NCBI GenBank assembly: GCA_951406725.2
Contig: OX597841.1
Location: forward strand, 18,476,001 to 18,540,000
DNA length: 64,000 nucleotides
Direction: 5' to 3'
Source of the DNA: Octopus vulgaris
Taxonomy: Eukaryota
The notes beneath the pieces were generated by a model. The model was given only the letters and a program-made list of their open reading frames with translations, had not been told where the DNA came from and searched no databases. Positions 12,168 to 24,712 of the stretch are shown piece by piece. The translations under genes and the position numbers were made by a program. Numbering within the stretch: position 1 is the stretch's first letter; each line of letters opens with the position of its first letter.

Positions 12168-12390
12168 GCACATAAATGGAAAACAGGGTGGAAAAGAATT
12201 GTACTTGAATAGCTAAGGTAGAGTAATATGCTTTTATGCTTTTATTAAAGCTGCAAACCCTCCACAAAACTGTTTCTCAGAATTTCACATTCTCATTTGC
12301 TGGACTGTTTTTATGAATTTTCATCACAGCTAACTGACAAACAAGAATGTAAAACTCAGAATAACAGTTTTGTGAAGATTTTTGCGGCAT
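12165..12390. mobile_element. Old, diverged foldback family 1 copy
   Basis: cacaaaactgtt...aacagttttgtg arms. Decayed core CTGACAA...AAAACTCAGAATAACAG at 12334-12367. Confidence 0.55.
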
Positions 12391-12564
12391 TGCATTAGAA
12401 TGCAAAACCTAACACCAGCCCTTCTTCCCCTCAGTTCAAAGATATGAATTCAAAGTTGATGCCAGCATGAAAGCATGCTGGCAAAATACTGCATTTGTAC
12501 TTTATTTTACTGAACCATCATTTCTTGTTCTTGATGAGAGAATCCATCATATATATATATATAT

Positions 12565-13960
12565 CATCATCATCATCATCATCGTTTAACGTCCGCTTTC
12601 CATGCTAGTATGGGTTGGACGATTTTGACTGAGGACTGGCGAACCAGATGGCTGCATCAGGCTCCAATCTTGATTTGGCAGAGTTTCTACAGCAGGATAC
12701 CCTTCCTAACGCCAACCACTCTGAGAGTGTAGTGGGTGCTTTTTACGTGCCACTGGCACAGGGGCCAGTCAGGCGGTACTGGCAACGACCTCGCTCGAAT
12801 CCTTTTACACATGCCATCAGCACAGGTGCCAGTAAGGTGATGTTGGTAACAATCACGCTCGAATGGTGCCCTTTTATGTGCCACAGGCACAGAAGCCAGT
12901 TGGCTTCTCTGGCAACGATCATGCTCGGATGATGCTCTTGTCACTCTACTAGCACGGGCACAAGTGCCAGTAAGGCGACGCTGGTAATGATCACGCTCGT
13001 ATGATGCTCTTTGCACCCTGCTAGCATGGACGCCAGTCATTGAGTTTGATTTTGATTGATTTCATTTGCCTCAACAGGTCTTCACAAGCAGAGTTTTAGT
13101 GTCCAAAGAAGAAAAAGGTATGCATAAGTGGGCTGGTTACGCCCCTGGCGTAGGCCATGAGATTATAGTTTCATTTGGCTTGCTGTGTCTTCTCACGCAT
13201 GGGATATTTCCAAAGGTCTCGGTCACTAGTCATTTCATTGGTGAGGCCTAAAGTTCGAAGGTCGTGCTTCACCACTTCATCCCAGGTCTTCCTGGGTCTA
13301 CCTTTTCCTCAGGTTCCCTCAACCGCTAGGGTGTGGCACTTTTTCACACAGCTGTCCTCATCCATTCTCGCCACATGACCATACCAGCGCAGTCGTCTCT
13401 TTTGCACACCACATCTGATGCTTCTTAGGTCCAACTTTTCTCTCAAGGTACTTACACTCTGTCGAGTATGAACACTGACATTACACATCCATCAGATCAT
13501 ACTGGTTTCATTCCTTGTGAGCTTACTCATGTCTTCAGTAGTCACAGCCCATGTTTCACTGCCATGTAGCATGGCTGTTCGTACACATGCGTCATACAGT
13601 CTACCTTTTACTCTGAGCGAGAGGCCCTTTGTTGCCAGCAGAGGTAAGAGCTCTCTGAACTTTGCCCAAGCTATTCTTATTCTAGCAGCTACACTTTCAG
13701 TGCACCCTCCCCTGCAACTGACTTGGTCCCCTAAGTAACGGAAGCTATCAACTACTTCTAGTTTTTCTCCCTGGAATGTGGGAGAAGTTGGTTGCTGCGC
13801 ATTTTCAGTGTTTATTGCTCCCGAGCCTCTGCCACATGCAAAAACTATCTTCCCCGTAAGCCCCCCCTTGATATTACTGCACCTCTTATGTGTCCATAGC
13901 TTACACTGGGTACTTCTTATAGAGTTTCTACCTACACCCCTACTACAGATTGAGCAGGGC
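12565..13960 (-). mobile_element. RTE-clade LINE, 3' fragment (RT C-terminus + 3' UTR + (GAT)n tail)
   Basis: Minus strand translates to EVVDSFRYLGDQ...ARIRIAWAKFRELLPLL...KGRLYDACVRTAMLHGSETW...GKGRPRKTW. Confidence 0.88.
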
Positions 13961-13972
13961 CATATATATATA

Positions 13973-14177
13973 TTGGTAAAAAATGGTAAGACAACAAGAG
14001 AATGAAAGAGACCTCAATATTATGTAAATAGAGGAATGTATCTATAAAATAATATGTGACAATTATTCGGTAGCCAGGCCGGATAACTGAAGAAATGGTG
14101 GCATGGATTTCCACCTCGGCATCCGAAACTCGGTGTTTTATCATGGCTACCGAATAATTGTCACATATTACATTTAC

Positions 14178-14180
<3 letters not shown>
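13973..14180. mobile_element. Foldback family 4 with hammerhead motif at 14082-14142 (+)
   Basis: Arms 14049-14075 and 14145-14171. GATAA-CTGAAGA-AATG...CATC-C-GAAAC TCGGT GTT-TTATC. The left flank is the reverse complement of 23660-23760. Confidence 0.8.
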
Positions 14181-14217
<37 letters not shown>

Positions 14218-14221
14218 ATAT

Positions 14222-14253
<32 letters not shown>

Positions 14254-14296
14254 GTATGTATATATATATATATATGTATGTATGTATGTATATATA

Positions 14297-14461
<165 letters not shown>

Positions 14462-14688
14462 CCGGCGAGCTGGCAGAAACGTTAGCGTGCCGGACGAAAT
14501 GCTTAGCAGTATTTCGTCTGCCGTTACGTTCTGAGTTCAAATTCCGTCGAGGTCGACTTTGCCTTTCATCCTTTCGGGGTCGATAAATAAAGTACCAGTT
14601 TCGCACTGGGGTCGATGTAATCAACTTAATCCCTTTGTCTGTCCTTGTTTGTCCCCTGTATGTTTAGCCCCCTGTGGGCAAATATATG

Positions 14689-14720
<32 letters not shown>

Positions 14721-14762
14721 CATATATACATATATATGTATGTGTGTGTGTGTCTGTGTGTA

Positions 14763-15104
14763 TAAGGAAAATACGACAAGGTAAAAAATGCTAAAATAAT
14801 TTTATCATGAAGAATATTTTAGTACCGGTTTCATCCTTTGCAACTTTTTCAACTTACAGTAAAGCATAAAAAACCAATTAAATTGTGGAAAAATTAAATG
14901 AAATGTTTTTTAAAAATATTTCCATAGTTTTCAAATGCAAGGGACATTTTCCTTTTTTCAGTCTGTCTCTCTCTTTTTATGCTTCAAGAGTAAAAAAGGA
15001 AAATCTCCCTTGCATTTGAAAACTATGGAAATATTTTTAAAAAAACATTTCATTTACTTTTTCCACAATTTAATTGTTTTCCAGGCTTTACTCTAAGTTG
15101 AAAA
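14763..15104. mobile_element. Foldback family 5 (about 112-bp arms, left-side tail)
   Basis: Arms 14846-14958 and 14992-15104. Minus strand has GAAACCGGTA (palindromic helix-III-like) at 14822-14831, but its core is decayed. Confidence 0.75.
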
Positions 15105-15217
15105 TGTCTGTCTATCTATTTATCTTTCTCTCTCTTTCTCCCTCCTCTCTTTCTTTCTCTCTCTCTCTTTCTCTATCTATCTGTCTATTTATTTCTCTAT
15201 TTCTCTCTTTATCTATT

Positions 15218-15249
<32 letters not shown>

Positions 15250-16039
15250 CCCATCTATCTATCTATCAGTGTATCTATCTTTCTCGCTCTGTCCGTCTGT
15301 CTCTCATCCTCTTTCTCTCTGTCTCTATATATATATATCATGTGCACATGTGTGTGTGTGTGTGTGTGTAAGCAAATATCCAGTTGTCTGGCAAGTTTAT
15401 GTGAGTCAGAAAAAACCCAGTACTCTTATAATTAAACCACAGAGTGAGTGGGCAAAATGCTTTGAGGCATTTCATCCAGCCTTACATTCTGAGTTCAAAT
15501 TTCATTGAGGTCAACATTGCCATTCGACCTGCTGGGGTTGATAGATTAAGTACCAGTGAAACACTGCAGTCGATGTAATCGACTTTCCCCTCCACACAAA
15601 TTTCAGGTCTTGTGCCTACAGTCGAAAGGATAATTAGTATTTGTACTATTAGTATTATCATAGTCACATAGGAACCATTTAATGTTACTAAATATTTTCA
15701 TGCTAGACCTCTTTCAGAAATGGAGAGGAACACTTAGCAATCATCAGACATGCTTGAATGAATAAGCATGGCTTTGGTTCTTTGTTACTGATGTCCTGAA
15801 AATGCATAGGATACATAATGAAACATATACATGAGTGCTAACAAACAGTATTATGCAAACTTACAGGAAGTCTACCTCTCAGGCGTATAATAACATGTCA
15901 TGAAACCCAAGAGATAACTTTTAGGTCAGGCATTGTGTGTGTGTGTGTGTGTGACTTTCTTTCTCTAACATCCTGGTGTTAGATTTTTGCTCATTTCATA
16001 CACATTTTCCATGCTAGTATGAGCTGGACAAATATATAC

Positions 16040-16520
16040 GTAATACTAGCATCGGCCATGACTGTGCTCTCACTTGGCTTGACAGCTCTTCTCAAGCACA
16101 GTATATTGCCAAAGGTCTCAGTGACTTGTTTCTGCCTTTGTAAAGCCCAAAGTTTGAAGGGTATTTTTTACGTACCACTGGCACAGGTGCCAGTAATGCA
16201 ATGCTAGCATCAGTGATTTCACTAGGCTTAACAGGTCTTCTCAAGCACGGCATACCACCAAAGATCTCGGTCATCAGTCATTGCCTCCGTGAGGCCCAAC
16301 ATTTGAAGATCATGCTTCACCATCTCATCTCATGTCTTCTTGAGTCTACCTCTTCTCCAGGTTTCCTCTACTGTTAGAGACTGGCAGTTCTTCACACAGC
16401 TGTCCTCATCCATACGCATCACATGACCATACCAGTGTTGTCATCTCTCTTGCACACCACATCTGATGCCTTTTATATCTAACTTTTCTCTCAACACACT
16501 TACACTCTGTCAAGCACGTT
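16040..16520 (-). mobile_element. RTE LINE 3' fragment, decayed
   Basis: Homologous to 13170-13470. Confidence 0.75.
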
Positions 16521-16669
16521 CATTGTCCACAATGACATATACACAAGATGGTAGCAAAAGATTCCCAGACTAGTTAGGTTTAATAAAAAATAACTTATTT
16601 ATGTAAATTTTAACATCATCTCACTGGAAAAGACATCTGATGTCTGTTTCGTTCTTTGGCACAAAAGTA

Positions 16670-17680
16670 TAGAGAGACTTAAAGAATTCCAAGCACTTCT
16701 GAATGGACTTGACATAAACATTCAATTTATGATGGAATAGAGCCACCAACAACTTCCATTCCTCAACATCCTCATTAAGAAATCCAGCAACAAAATAGAA
16801 ACAGACATATATTATAAGCTCATGCACTCCAAGAAATATCAGCTGTTCAACTGATGCCACCCCAGACATACTAGGGTGAATATCCATTACAACCTGACAT
16901 ATTATCTGATAGAAGCACCAGGGACAGATGCCTACATGAACTAAAGGATACACATATCAGCGGGAACTACCCACCATCACCAATTGATATAGGCTTTCAA
17001 CATTCCCTACAACTCAACATCCACGAACTCAGACACACCAACTAAAGAAGGATTTACAACCAACAGCCCTACCATACATACCCATACACAACCCCCTAAA
17101 CAAGAGGCCTTCAACACCATCCTCCAGAACATCCCTTTATTAAAAGGGGACCATAGAATGGATCAAATCCTCTAAATGCACACCATCATAAAGAACAAAA
17201 GACAGTCCAAATCAATGAAAAGTCTTCTAACACAGGCCCAAGTACACTCGTCAACAACATCAAAACCGACTGTAAAAAAAAATGCAGAAGACCTAACTAT
17301 GGTGTATGTGTCAACCTAATTGAGGGGTTGGGATTCTCCTTCAAACAGGGTCAACGTTTTACAGTGAAAAACAACTTCACATGTGCTTTGGAAAAACAAA
17401 TATATGTATTAACTTGTTCAGGGTGTCGAGAACAAAATATTGGTCAAACTAAAAGCAGTCTATGCTAGAGGATGATGGTACATAGATCCCAGATTAAAAT
17501 ACAAGAATACAGAAAAATAAGCTTAAGCGAGCACATTGATATTTGAGCCACTAATGAACAACCCAACTTTAGAATTTTTCAGGGACAATGCAACCTATAA
17601 TCAGTGCATTAGCGAAAAAGCATATTTTACCACAAAATATAAACCTAGTTTGAATGCTTCCACCTCAGATGAAACTACAA
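16670..17680 (+). pseudogene. Penelope-like element remnant (RT thumb + GIY-YIG endonuclease)
   Basis: Frameshifted pieces read LPFLNILIKK...IETDIYYK, THNP, FTVKNNFTCA..NxIYVLTCSGCREQNIGQT...RM.VHRSQI, KPSLN. Confidence 0.8.
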
Positions 17681-17781
17681 GAATTTTGAAAAATTGCAAC
17701 CACTACTGCTACGACCACAACAGGTCACTTTTAGCTCATTTGACCATTAAAGAAGATTCCATGAACAATCTACTGTGTCAC

Positions 17782-18285
17782 ACCACTCCTGTATTCTTCT
17801 TCTTCTTCTTCTTCTTCTTCTTCTTCTTCTTCTTCTTCTTCTTCTTCTTCTTCTTCTTCTTCTTCCTCTCCTTCCTAGGCTGCTACTTGACAACCGGTGT
17901 TATTCTATCAGTCTCTTTTGCCAAACTGCTAAGTTATGAAGATATAAACACACCAACACTGGTTGTCAAGTAGCAGCCTAGGAAGGAGAGGAAGAAGAAG
18001 AAGAAGAAGAAGAAGAAGAAGAAGAATACAGGAGTGGTATTCTTCTTCTTCTTCTTCTTCTTCTTCTTCTTCTTCTTCTTCTTCTTCTTCTTCTTCTTCT
18101 TCTTCTTCCCTCTCCTTCCTAGGCTGCTACTTGACAACCGGTGTTGGTGTGTTTATATCTTCATAACTTAGCAGTTTGGCAAAAGAGACTGATAGAATAA
18201 GTACGAGGTTTAAGAAATAAGTCCTGTGGTCAAGGCGGTGCTCCAGCATGGCCACAATCAAATGACTGGAACAAGTAAAAGAATA
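17782..18285. repeat. Direct-inverted-direct triplication containing (CTT)n and part of SINE family A
   Basis: 17782-17900 forward, 17901-18038 inverted, 18038-18199 forward. Confidence 0.85.
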
Positions 18286-18480
18286 TATGTATGAGGAGTG
18301 CTGAAGAGTTCCTCGCTTTGGGTGAAAGAAAATGGAGGAGGATCAGTTAATTATGATTTTATTCAACATATTCCTCCCTCAGAGTCACACACTTATTGCA
18401 TTGGTCCTTCAGTTTTTCTAAACCCTCTAAGAAAACTTATGATATGCTTAAAGCCAGGAACTTTTCAACACCTCTCCTAT

Positions 18481-18519
<39 letters not shown>

Positions 18520-18693
18520 CTGGCTTTCACTGTATTTTCTATTTTATCAAACCCCAAGGTGTTCACAATGGCACTGAGCCTGCAGCCAGGTAACCGTGAG
18601 GCAAGCTTCATAACTAAAAATCCATGTCTGTACCTTACCTAGATGTGTGTGTGTGTGTGCATGCGGATATGTGTATATATATATGTATGTGTG

Positions 18694-19146
<453 letters not shown>

Positions 19147-19561
19147 CATACATACATACATATGTACACACACACAAACACACAAACAGCTATTTGCAGA
19201 TATATGCATATATAATTTTAAAATCAATTAACCCATAAAAGTATTTCAGTAATTCCTTGTTACTCACATCATGCTCAAAAAAAAAAACAAACACAAAAAA
19301 AAATACAGTCAAGGAAGTGATGAGGGAAGGAAGGAAGTAATGCCCTGACCTTTCCATATCTGAATCAGTATCTCCCGCGACTATTTTCACCCTCATCACT
19401 GCCCTATATATTCCAGTCAATGTAACCTCTGTGACATCACTTCATCTATTTAGTTGTTTCTAATTATGGCCTTTGTTCATTAACAGACGCCATCTGAAGT
19501 CTCCTACTGTTAGTCTTATATTTCAGTGCAGCTGTACATGTAAACTGATATAGATTTACAC

Positions 19562-19652
<91 letters not shown>

Positions 19653-20047
19653 AACACACACACACACAAACACACCCACACACCCACACACACACACAAA
19701 CACACACACAAACACACACACACACAAACACACACACACAAACACACACGCACACAAACACAAACACACACACACACAAACACACCCACACACACACACA
19801 CGCACACACACACAAACACACACACACACACACATAAATGTATATGTATGTTTATATATATATGTATGTATATACATGCGTGTGTGTATATATATATATA
19901 TATGCATAAATTCTTTAGTAGAATATATATTTACTCTAGTTCTAAAGTAGTTATATTTGTGTGTGTGTGTGTGTGTACGTGCATGTGTGTGTGTTTTTGT
20001 GGGTATATTACGTGTATATGTGTGTATATATACATACACACACACAA

Positions 20048-20080
<33 letters not shown>

Positions 20081-20362
20081 CGCATGCATATTTTCTTTAT
20101 TAGAATATATATTTACTCTAGTTTTAAACTAATTTTGTGTTTATAACCCTCAGAGACAACAATGTGTGTCTGACATCTGATGAATTCCGGTTTTGACCCA
20201 GTTGGATGCAGTCACGAGTACTCATGCTCTCCCAACAAACTTATTTACTTATAAACAGATATGTATGTTTGTAATGTTGAGTTAATCATTTGGTGGTGTA
20301 CGTTTGGTAACAAGTGTATGAGAAATGTATATACACAATTTACAAACACACACATACACACT

Positions 20363-20401
<39 letters not shown>

Positions 20402-20411
20402 TACCGTTTTA

Positions 20412-20455
<44 letters not shown>

Positions 20456-20463
<8 letters not shown>

Positions 20464-20792
20464 GGGTTCAGTAAAATAATTTACTTTACCACACACTGAA
20501 CTTTTAGAAATAGCAGCCAAAAATCTTAGCTATTTCTTCTACTATAAGAAAAATCTCCCAGACAATGTATACTCAAAAATATTTTTGAGTATACATTGTC
20601 TGGGAGATTTTTCTTATAGTAGAAGATATAGCTAAGATTTTTTGGCTGCTATTTCTAAAAGTTCAGTGTGTGGTACTGAACCCTAATTATATAACGTAAT
20701 GTTTTAAATATACCTTAAATGGTCTTCTTACATACTGAACACTACTTGGTAAAATTAATTAATAATTAATTGATTTTACCCTTTTATTATTG
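20456..20792. mobile_element. Foldback family 2, second copy (loop-less palindrome centred on 20580/20581)
   Basis: Arms 20456-20580 and 20581-20691 (small deletion in the right arm). The tail matches 6995-7092. Confidence 0.85.
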
Positions 20793-20804
20793 ATGATATA
20801 TATA

Positions 20805-21220
20805 TGGAGTGGCTGTGTGGTAAGTAGCTTGCTAACCAGCCACATGGTTCTGGGTTCAGTCCCACTGCGTGGCATCTTGGGCAAGTGTCTTCTGCTATAG
20901 CCCCAGGCCGACCAATGCCTTGTGAGTGGATTTGGTAGACGGAAACTGAAAGAAGCCCGTCGTATATATGTATATATATATATTTATGTGTGTGTGTGCT
21001 TGTGTGTCTGTGTTTGTCCCCCTAGCATTGCTTGACAACCGATGCTTGTGTGTTTACGTCCCCGTCACTTAGCGGTTCGGCAAAAGAGACCGACAGAATA
21101 AGTACTGGGCTTACAAAGAATAAGTCCCGGGGTTGATTTGCTCGACTAAAGGTGGTGCTCCAGCATGGCCGCAGTCAAATGACTGAAACAAGTAAAAGAG
21201 TAAAAGAGTAAAAGAGTAAA
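20805..21220 (+). mobile_element. tRNA-derived SINE family A, full length. Further copies at 21465-21585, 30590-30800, 32615-32930, 43150-43585, 48590-48800, 49817-50235, 52305-52700 (+) and 30860-31262, 53060-53240 (-)
   Basis: GGAGTGGCTGTGTGGTAAG (A box)...GGGTTCAGTCCC (B box), an internal TA/TG microsatellite and a GTAAAAGA tail. Confidence 0.9.
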
Positions 21221-21370
21221 GAGTATATATATATAGAGAGAGAGATAGATAAATAGATAGATAGATAGATAGTTACAGATATAATCATATATGTAATCTT
21301 TGATAGCATGAATGAAAGGAACTAGAATTATTTGTATCACACACACACTCTCTCTTTTTCTCTCACACTC

Positions 21371-21431
<61 letters not shown>

Positions 21432-21589
21432 GACTCATCTCTCTCTGTCACTCCATATATATAGGCAGAGTCATGGCAGTGTGGTAGGAAGTTTGCTTCC
21501 CAACTACATGGTTCTGGGTTCAGTCCCACTGCGTGGCAACTTGGGCAAGTGTCTTCTACTATAGCCTTAGGTCAACCAAAGCCTTTTAC

Positions 21590-22385
21590 TGGGCTTAGTA
21601 AATTAATTTGGTCTCTAATAGAGCATAAATAATTTGGTTTGGAATGGAATATTCTATCTAGATCTTTTCTATATGATAAAGGTAAATCCTTTGGTCTGCT
21701 CTGTACCGAAGAACAGTATCTCATTCTGTTCTTGGAGAAATCTTTTGTAAACACTTTTGAAGAATACATTTATCGTTGCAAACATGGGCAAAAACATACC
21801 TTTAGTTCCTATAAGTAGTTTCTACAAATCTATAAAATTTGACTTTTGACTGTCTTCTTCCATTTCATTTCCACTACATATATCTATTTACATTCCTTTA
21901 AGCTTTATTTCCACTCATCTATTGCACTATATTTCTCCACTCTTAATTTTCTGTATATTTCTTTCTCCTCCTTCTCATTCTCTAAATTGCCTTTGACATT
22001 ACATCTCTTACCGATTTTTTAAAAATTAACTTGCCAGTGTTCCCTTCATCATATACGTGGTCATCACATTCGGTTAAAATTTATGTGTTTTGTTTCTCTG
22101 TTTTTCCCTGATGAAATGATTACATTCTTTGACATCATTTTATTCTCTCGGGAATAATACGAATGTTTTCTTCGAAACATATGTTGGAAGTATAAAGATT
22201 TGAATAACACCTGTGTTTAACTTCATTTCTAAATTTATCTAAGCTACACAAAAAACATTTCACAAAATCCTGGGATTTCTACCTTTTTAAGTAGGTTATA
22301 GCATCCTTGGCACTTTTGTGAATTTTTGCTACCCTGGTAACTTTTTACTTATTTTTTCCGTGTTATTCGTACACATTGAGAAAAT
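21590..22385 (+). mobile_element. Penelope-like element 3' end: GIY-YIG C-terminus, 3' UTR, hammerhead motif (22101-22190) and tail
   Basis: Translation LSKLIWSL...WNILSRSFLYDKGKSFGLLCTEEQYLIL...N..EEYIYRCKHGQK fits the PLE W-I..Y..C.LC..EK..I..LN...C.H pattern. TTTCC-CTGATGA...GAAAC ATAT GTT-GGAAG. Confidence 0.75.
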
Positions 22386-22420
22386 ACACGTACATTTATA
22401 TATATATATGTGTGTGTGTA

Positions 22421-22470
<50 letters not shown>

Positions 22471-22619
22471 TGTATATAAATGTATGTATATATATGTATG
22501 TATGTATGTATATATGTATATATGTATGTATATATGTATATATATGTATGTATGTATATATGTATATATGTATATATGTATGTATATATATATGTATGTA
22601 AGTATTTATATATATATAT

Positions 22620-23047
22620 AAATGGATAAATGATTTATCTTTTGTTCACCGTTAACATGGAAAACTCAATAAACAGTTACCAGGGTAGCAAAATTCATGC
22701 CAGTAACATGGTTGAAGCGACCTATTCAAAGGCAGAAACTCCGGGTTAATGTGCAGTAATTTGTATATAATAAATAAATAAATAAATAAATGGAGTTGAA
22801 CGAAGATGTTATTAAAATTCTTTTACTTTTGACATATGTTTCGAAGACAACATGGTATTATTCCAAAGGAATAAACGGTGTAAAATGCAATCTTCTCATC
22901 AGGAGAAGAGAGAGGCTCTCTCTTTCTTTCCTGATGAGAAGATTGCATTTTACACCGTTTATTCCTTTGGAATAATACCATGTTGTCTTCGAAACATATG
23001 TCAAAAGTAAAAGAATTTTAATAACATCTTCGTTCAACTCCATTTAT
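22620..23047. mobile_element. Foldback family 6 (118-bp apparently identical arms) with a hammerhead motif in each arm; homologous to the PLE 3' end at 22100-22370
   Basis: Arms 22786-22903 and 22930-23047. CTGATGA-GAAGA...TCTTC-GAAAC ATAT GTC at 22931-23002. The left tail agttaccagggtagcaaaatt matches 22321-22343 inverted. Confidence 0.85.
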
Positions 23048-23148
23048 ATATATATATATATATATAGATATATATATGTGTGTGTATATATGTATGTAGA
23101 TATATATATGTATGTATGCATGTATGTATATATGTATGTATGTATTTA

Positions 23149-23195
<47 letters not shown>

Positions 23196-23561
23196 GTATA
23201 TATATATGTATGTATATATATATCACTTCACTTGATCACTTGACCGACCAGACAATCAGATGTTGCTACACATCGCTGGTCACAATGCGTTCGCATTGTT
23301 TTAGCCTTCGAATGACGCCACCCCGCTGGCTAAGAGAGCAGGCCAACAGAAAAAAGAGTGAGAGAAAGAGTGGTGAAAGAGTACATTAGGGATCATCACC
23401 CCCTGCTGGAGCCTCGTGGAGCTTTTTAGGTGTTTTCACTCAATAAACACACACAACACCCGGTCTGGGAATCGAAACCGCGATCCTATGACCGCGAGTC
23501 CGCTGCCCTAACCACTGGGCCATTGCGCCTCCACATGTATATCTATATGTATATATATCTA

Positions 23562-23762
23562 TAACTGTAAATATAATGAGAGTTTTTCCGATGGTCGGAT
23601 AACTGAAGAGATGGTGGTGTGGATTTCCACCTCGGCATCCGAAACTTAGAATTTTACCTTGGCTACCGAATAATTGTCATATATTTACACAGATAAATTC
23701 CTCTATTTACATAATATCGAGGTCTCTTTCTTTCTTTTGTTATCTTACCGTTTTTACCAATA
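23562..23762 (+). mobile_element. Family 4 monomer with hammerhead motif at 23598-23658
   Basis: GATAA-CTGAAGA-GATG...CATC-C-GAAAC TTAGA ATT-TTACC. Ends in tcttaccgtttttaccaa followed by TA. Confidence 0.75.
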
Positions 23763-23779
23763 TATGTATGTATATATAT

Positions 23780-24508
23780 GTTTAAATATTTGTTGTGCAA
23801 GATTTTTTATGTGAAGTCGTGTGTTGAAACAGATATTGTTATATTTCGGAATGGTCATTCTGCCAGTTTAGCCAATAAAAACACACACACTATATATTTG
23901 GTGTTACTTTGCTTCAGTGTTATTTATTTTTTACATTAATCTTAATCTTATTTTGGCCAGAGTTCTTTCGTCACACTCCTGTGACTGCATCAGTGGTCCT
24001 TTGTTTTCTTCTTTCGTATTTGTGTCTCTCCTTACTAACCGTCAGCCATTTTGTATTTCTATTGTATGTCTTCATTTGCGCATGCTTATATCTCTATGTG
24101 CGTTTATGTTTATTTAGTGTGTGTGTGTGGGGATGCCTGTAATATTTGTATCTTCTGTTTATATACGTTCATGTAATTTGTATATATATAAACAGAAGAT
24201 ACAAATATTACAGGCATCCCCCCCACACACACTAAATAAACATAAACGCACATAGAGATATAAGCATGCGCAAATGAAGACATACAATAGAAATACAAAA
24301 TGGCTGATGGTTAGTAAGGAGAGACACAAATAAGAAAGAAGAAAACAAAGGACCACTGATGCGGTCATAGGAGTGTGACGAAAGAACTCTGGCCAAAATA
24401 AGATTAAGATTAATGTAAAAAATAAATAACACTGAAGCAAAGTAACACCAAATATATAGTGTGTGTGTTTTTATTGGCTAAACTGGCAAAATGACCATTC
24501 CGAAATAT

Positions 24509-24516
<8 letters not shown>
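23780..24516. mobile_element. Foldback family 7 (about 333-bp arms, 19-nt loop) with a variant hammerhead-like motif in each arm
   Basis: Arms 23833-24165 and 24185-24516 with scattered mismatches. Motifs at 23955-23999 (-) and 24351-24394 (+). Confidence 0.85.
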
Positions 24517-24574
<58 letters not shown>

Positions 24575-24578
24575 GTAT

Positions 24579-24618
<40 letters not shown>

Positions 24619-24712
24619 GTATGTATGTGTGTATGTGTGTATGTATGTATGTATGTATATATATATATATCTTTTATCTTTATCTTTTACTGGCTTCAGC
24701 CCAGAGCTGAGG

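Noticed and set aside
20165-20230. CTGATGA core at 20177-20183 as a hammerhead
   Set aside because: No downstream GAAA or helix III could be found.
22790-23043. Near-identical 61-aa ORFs on both strands (also 23909-24440)
   Set aside because: A by-product of the palindromes, not genes.
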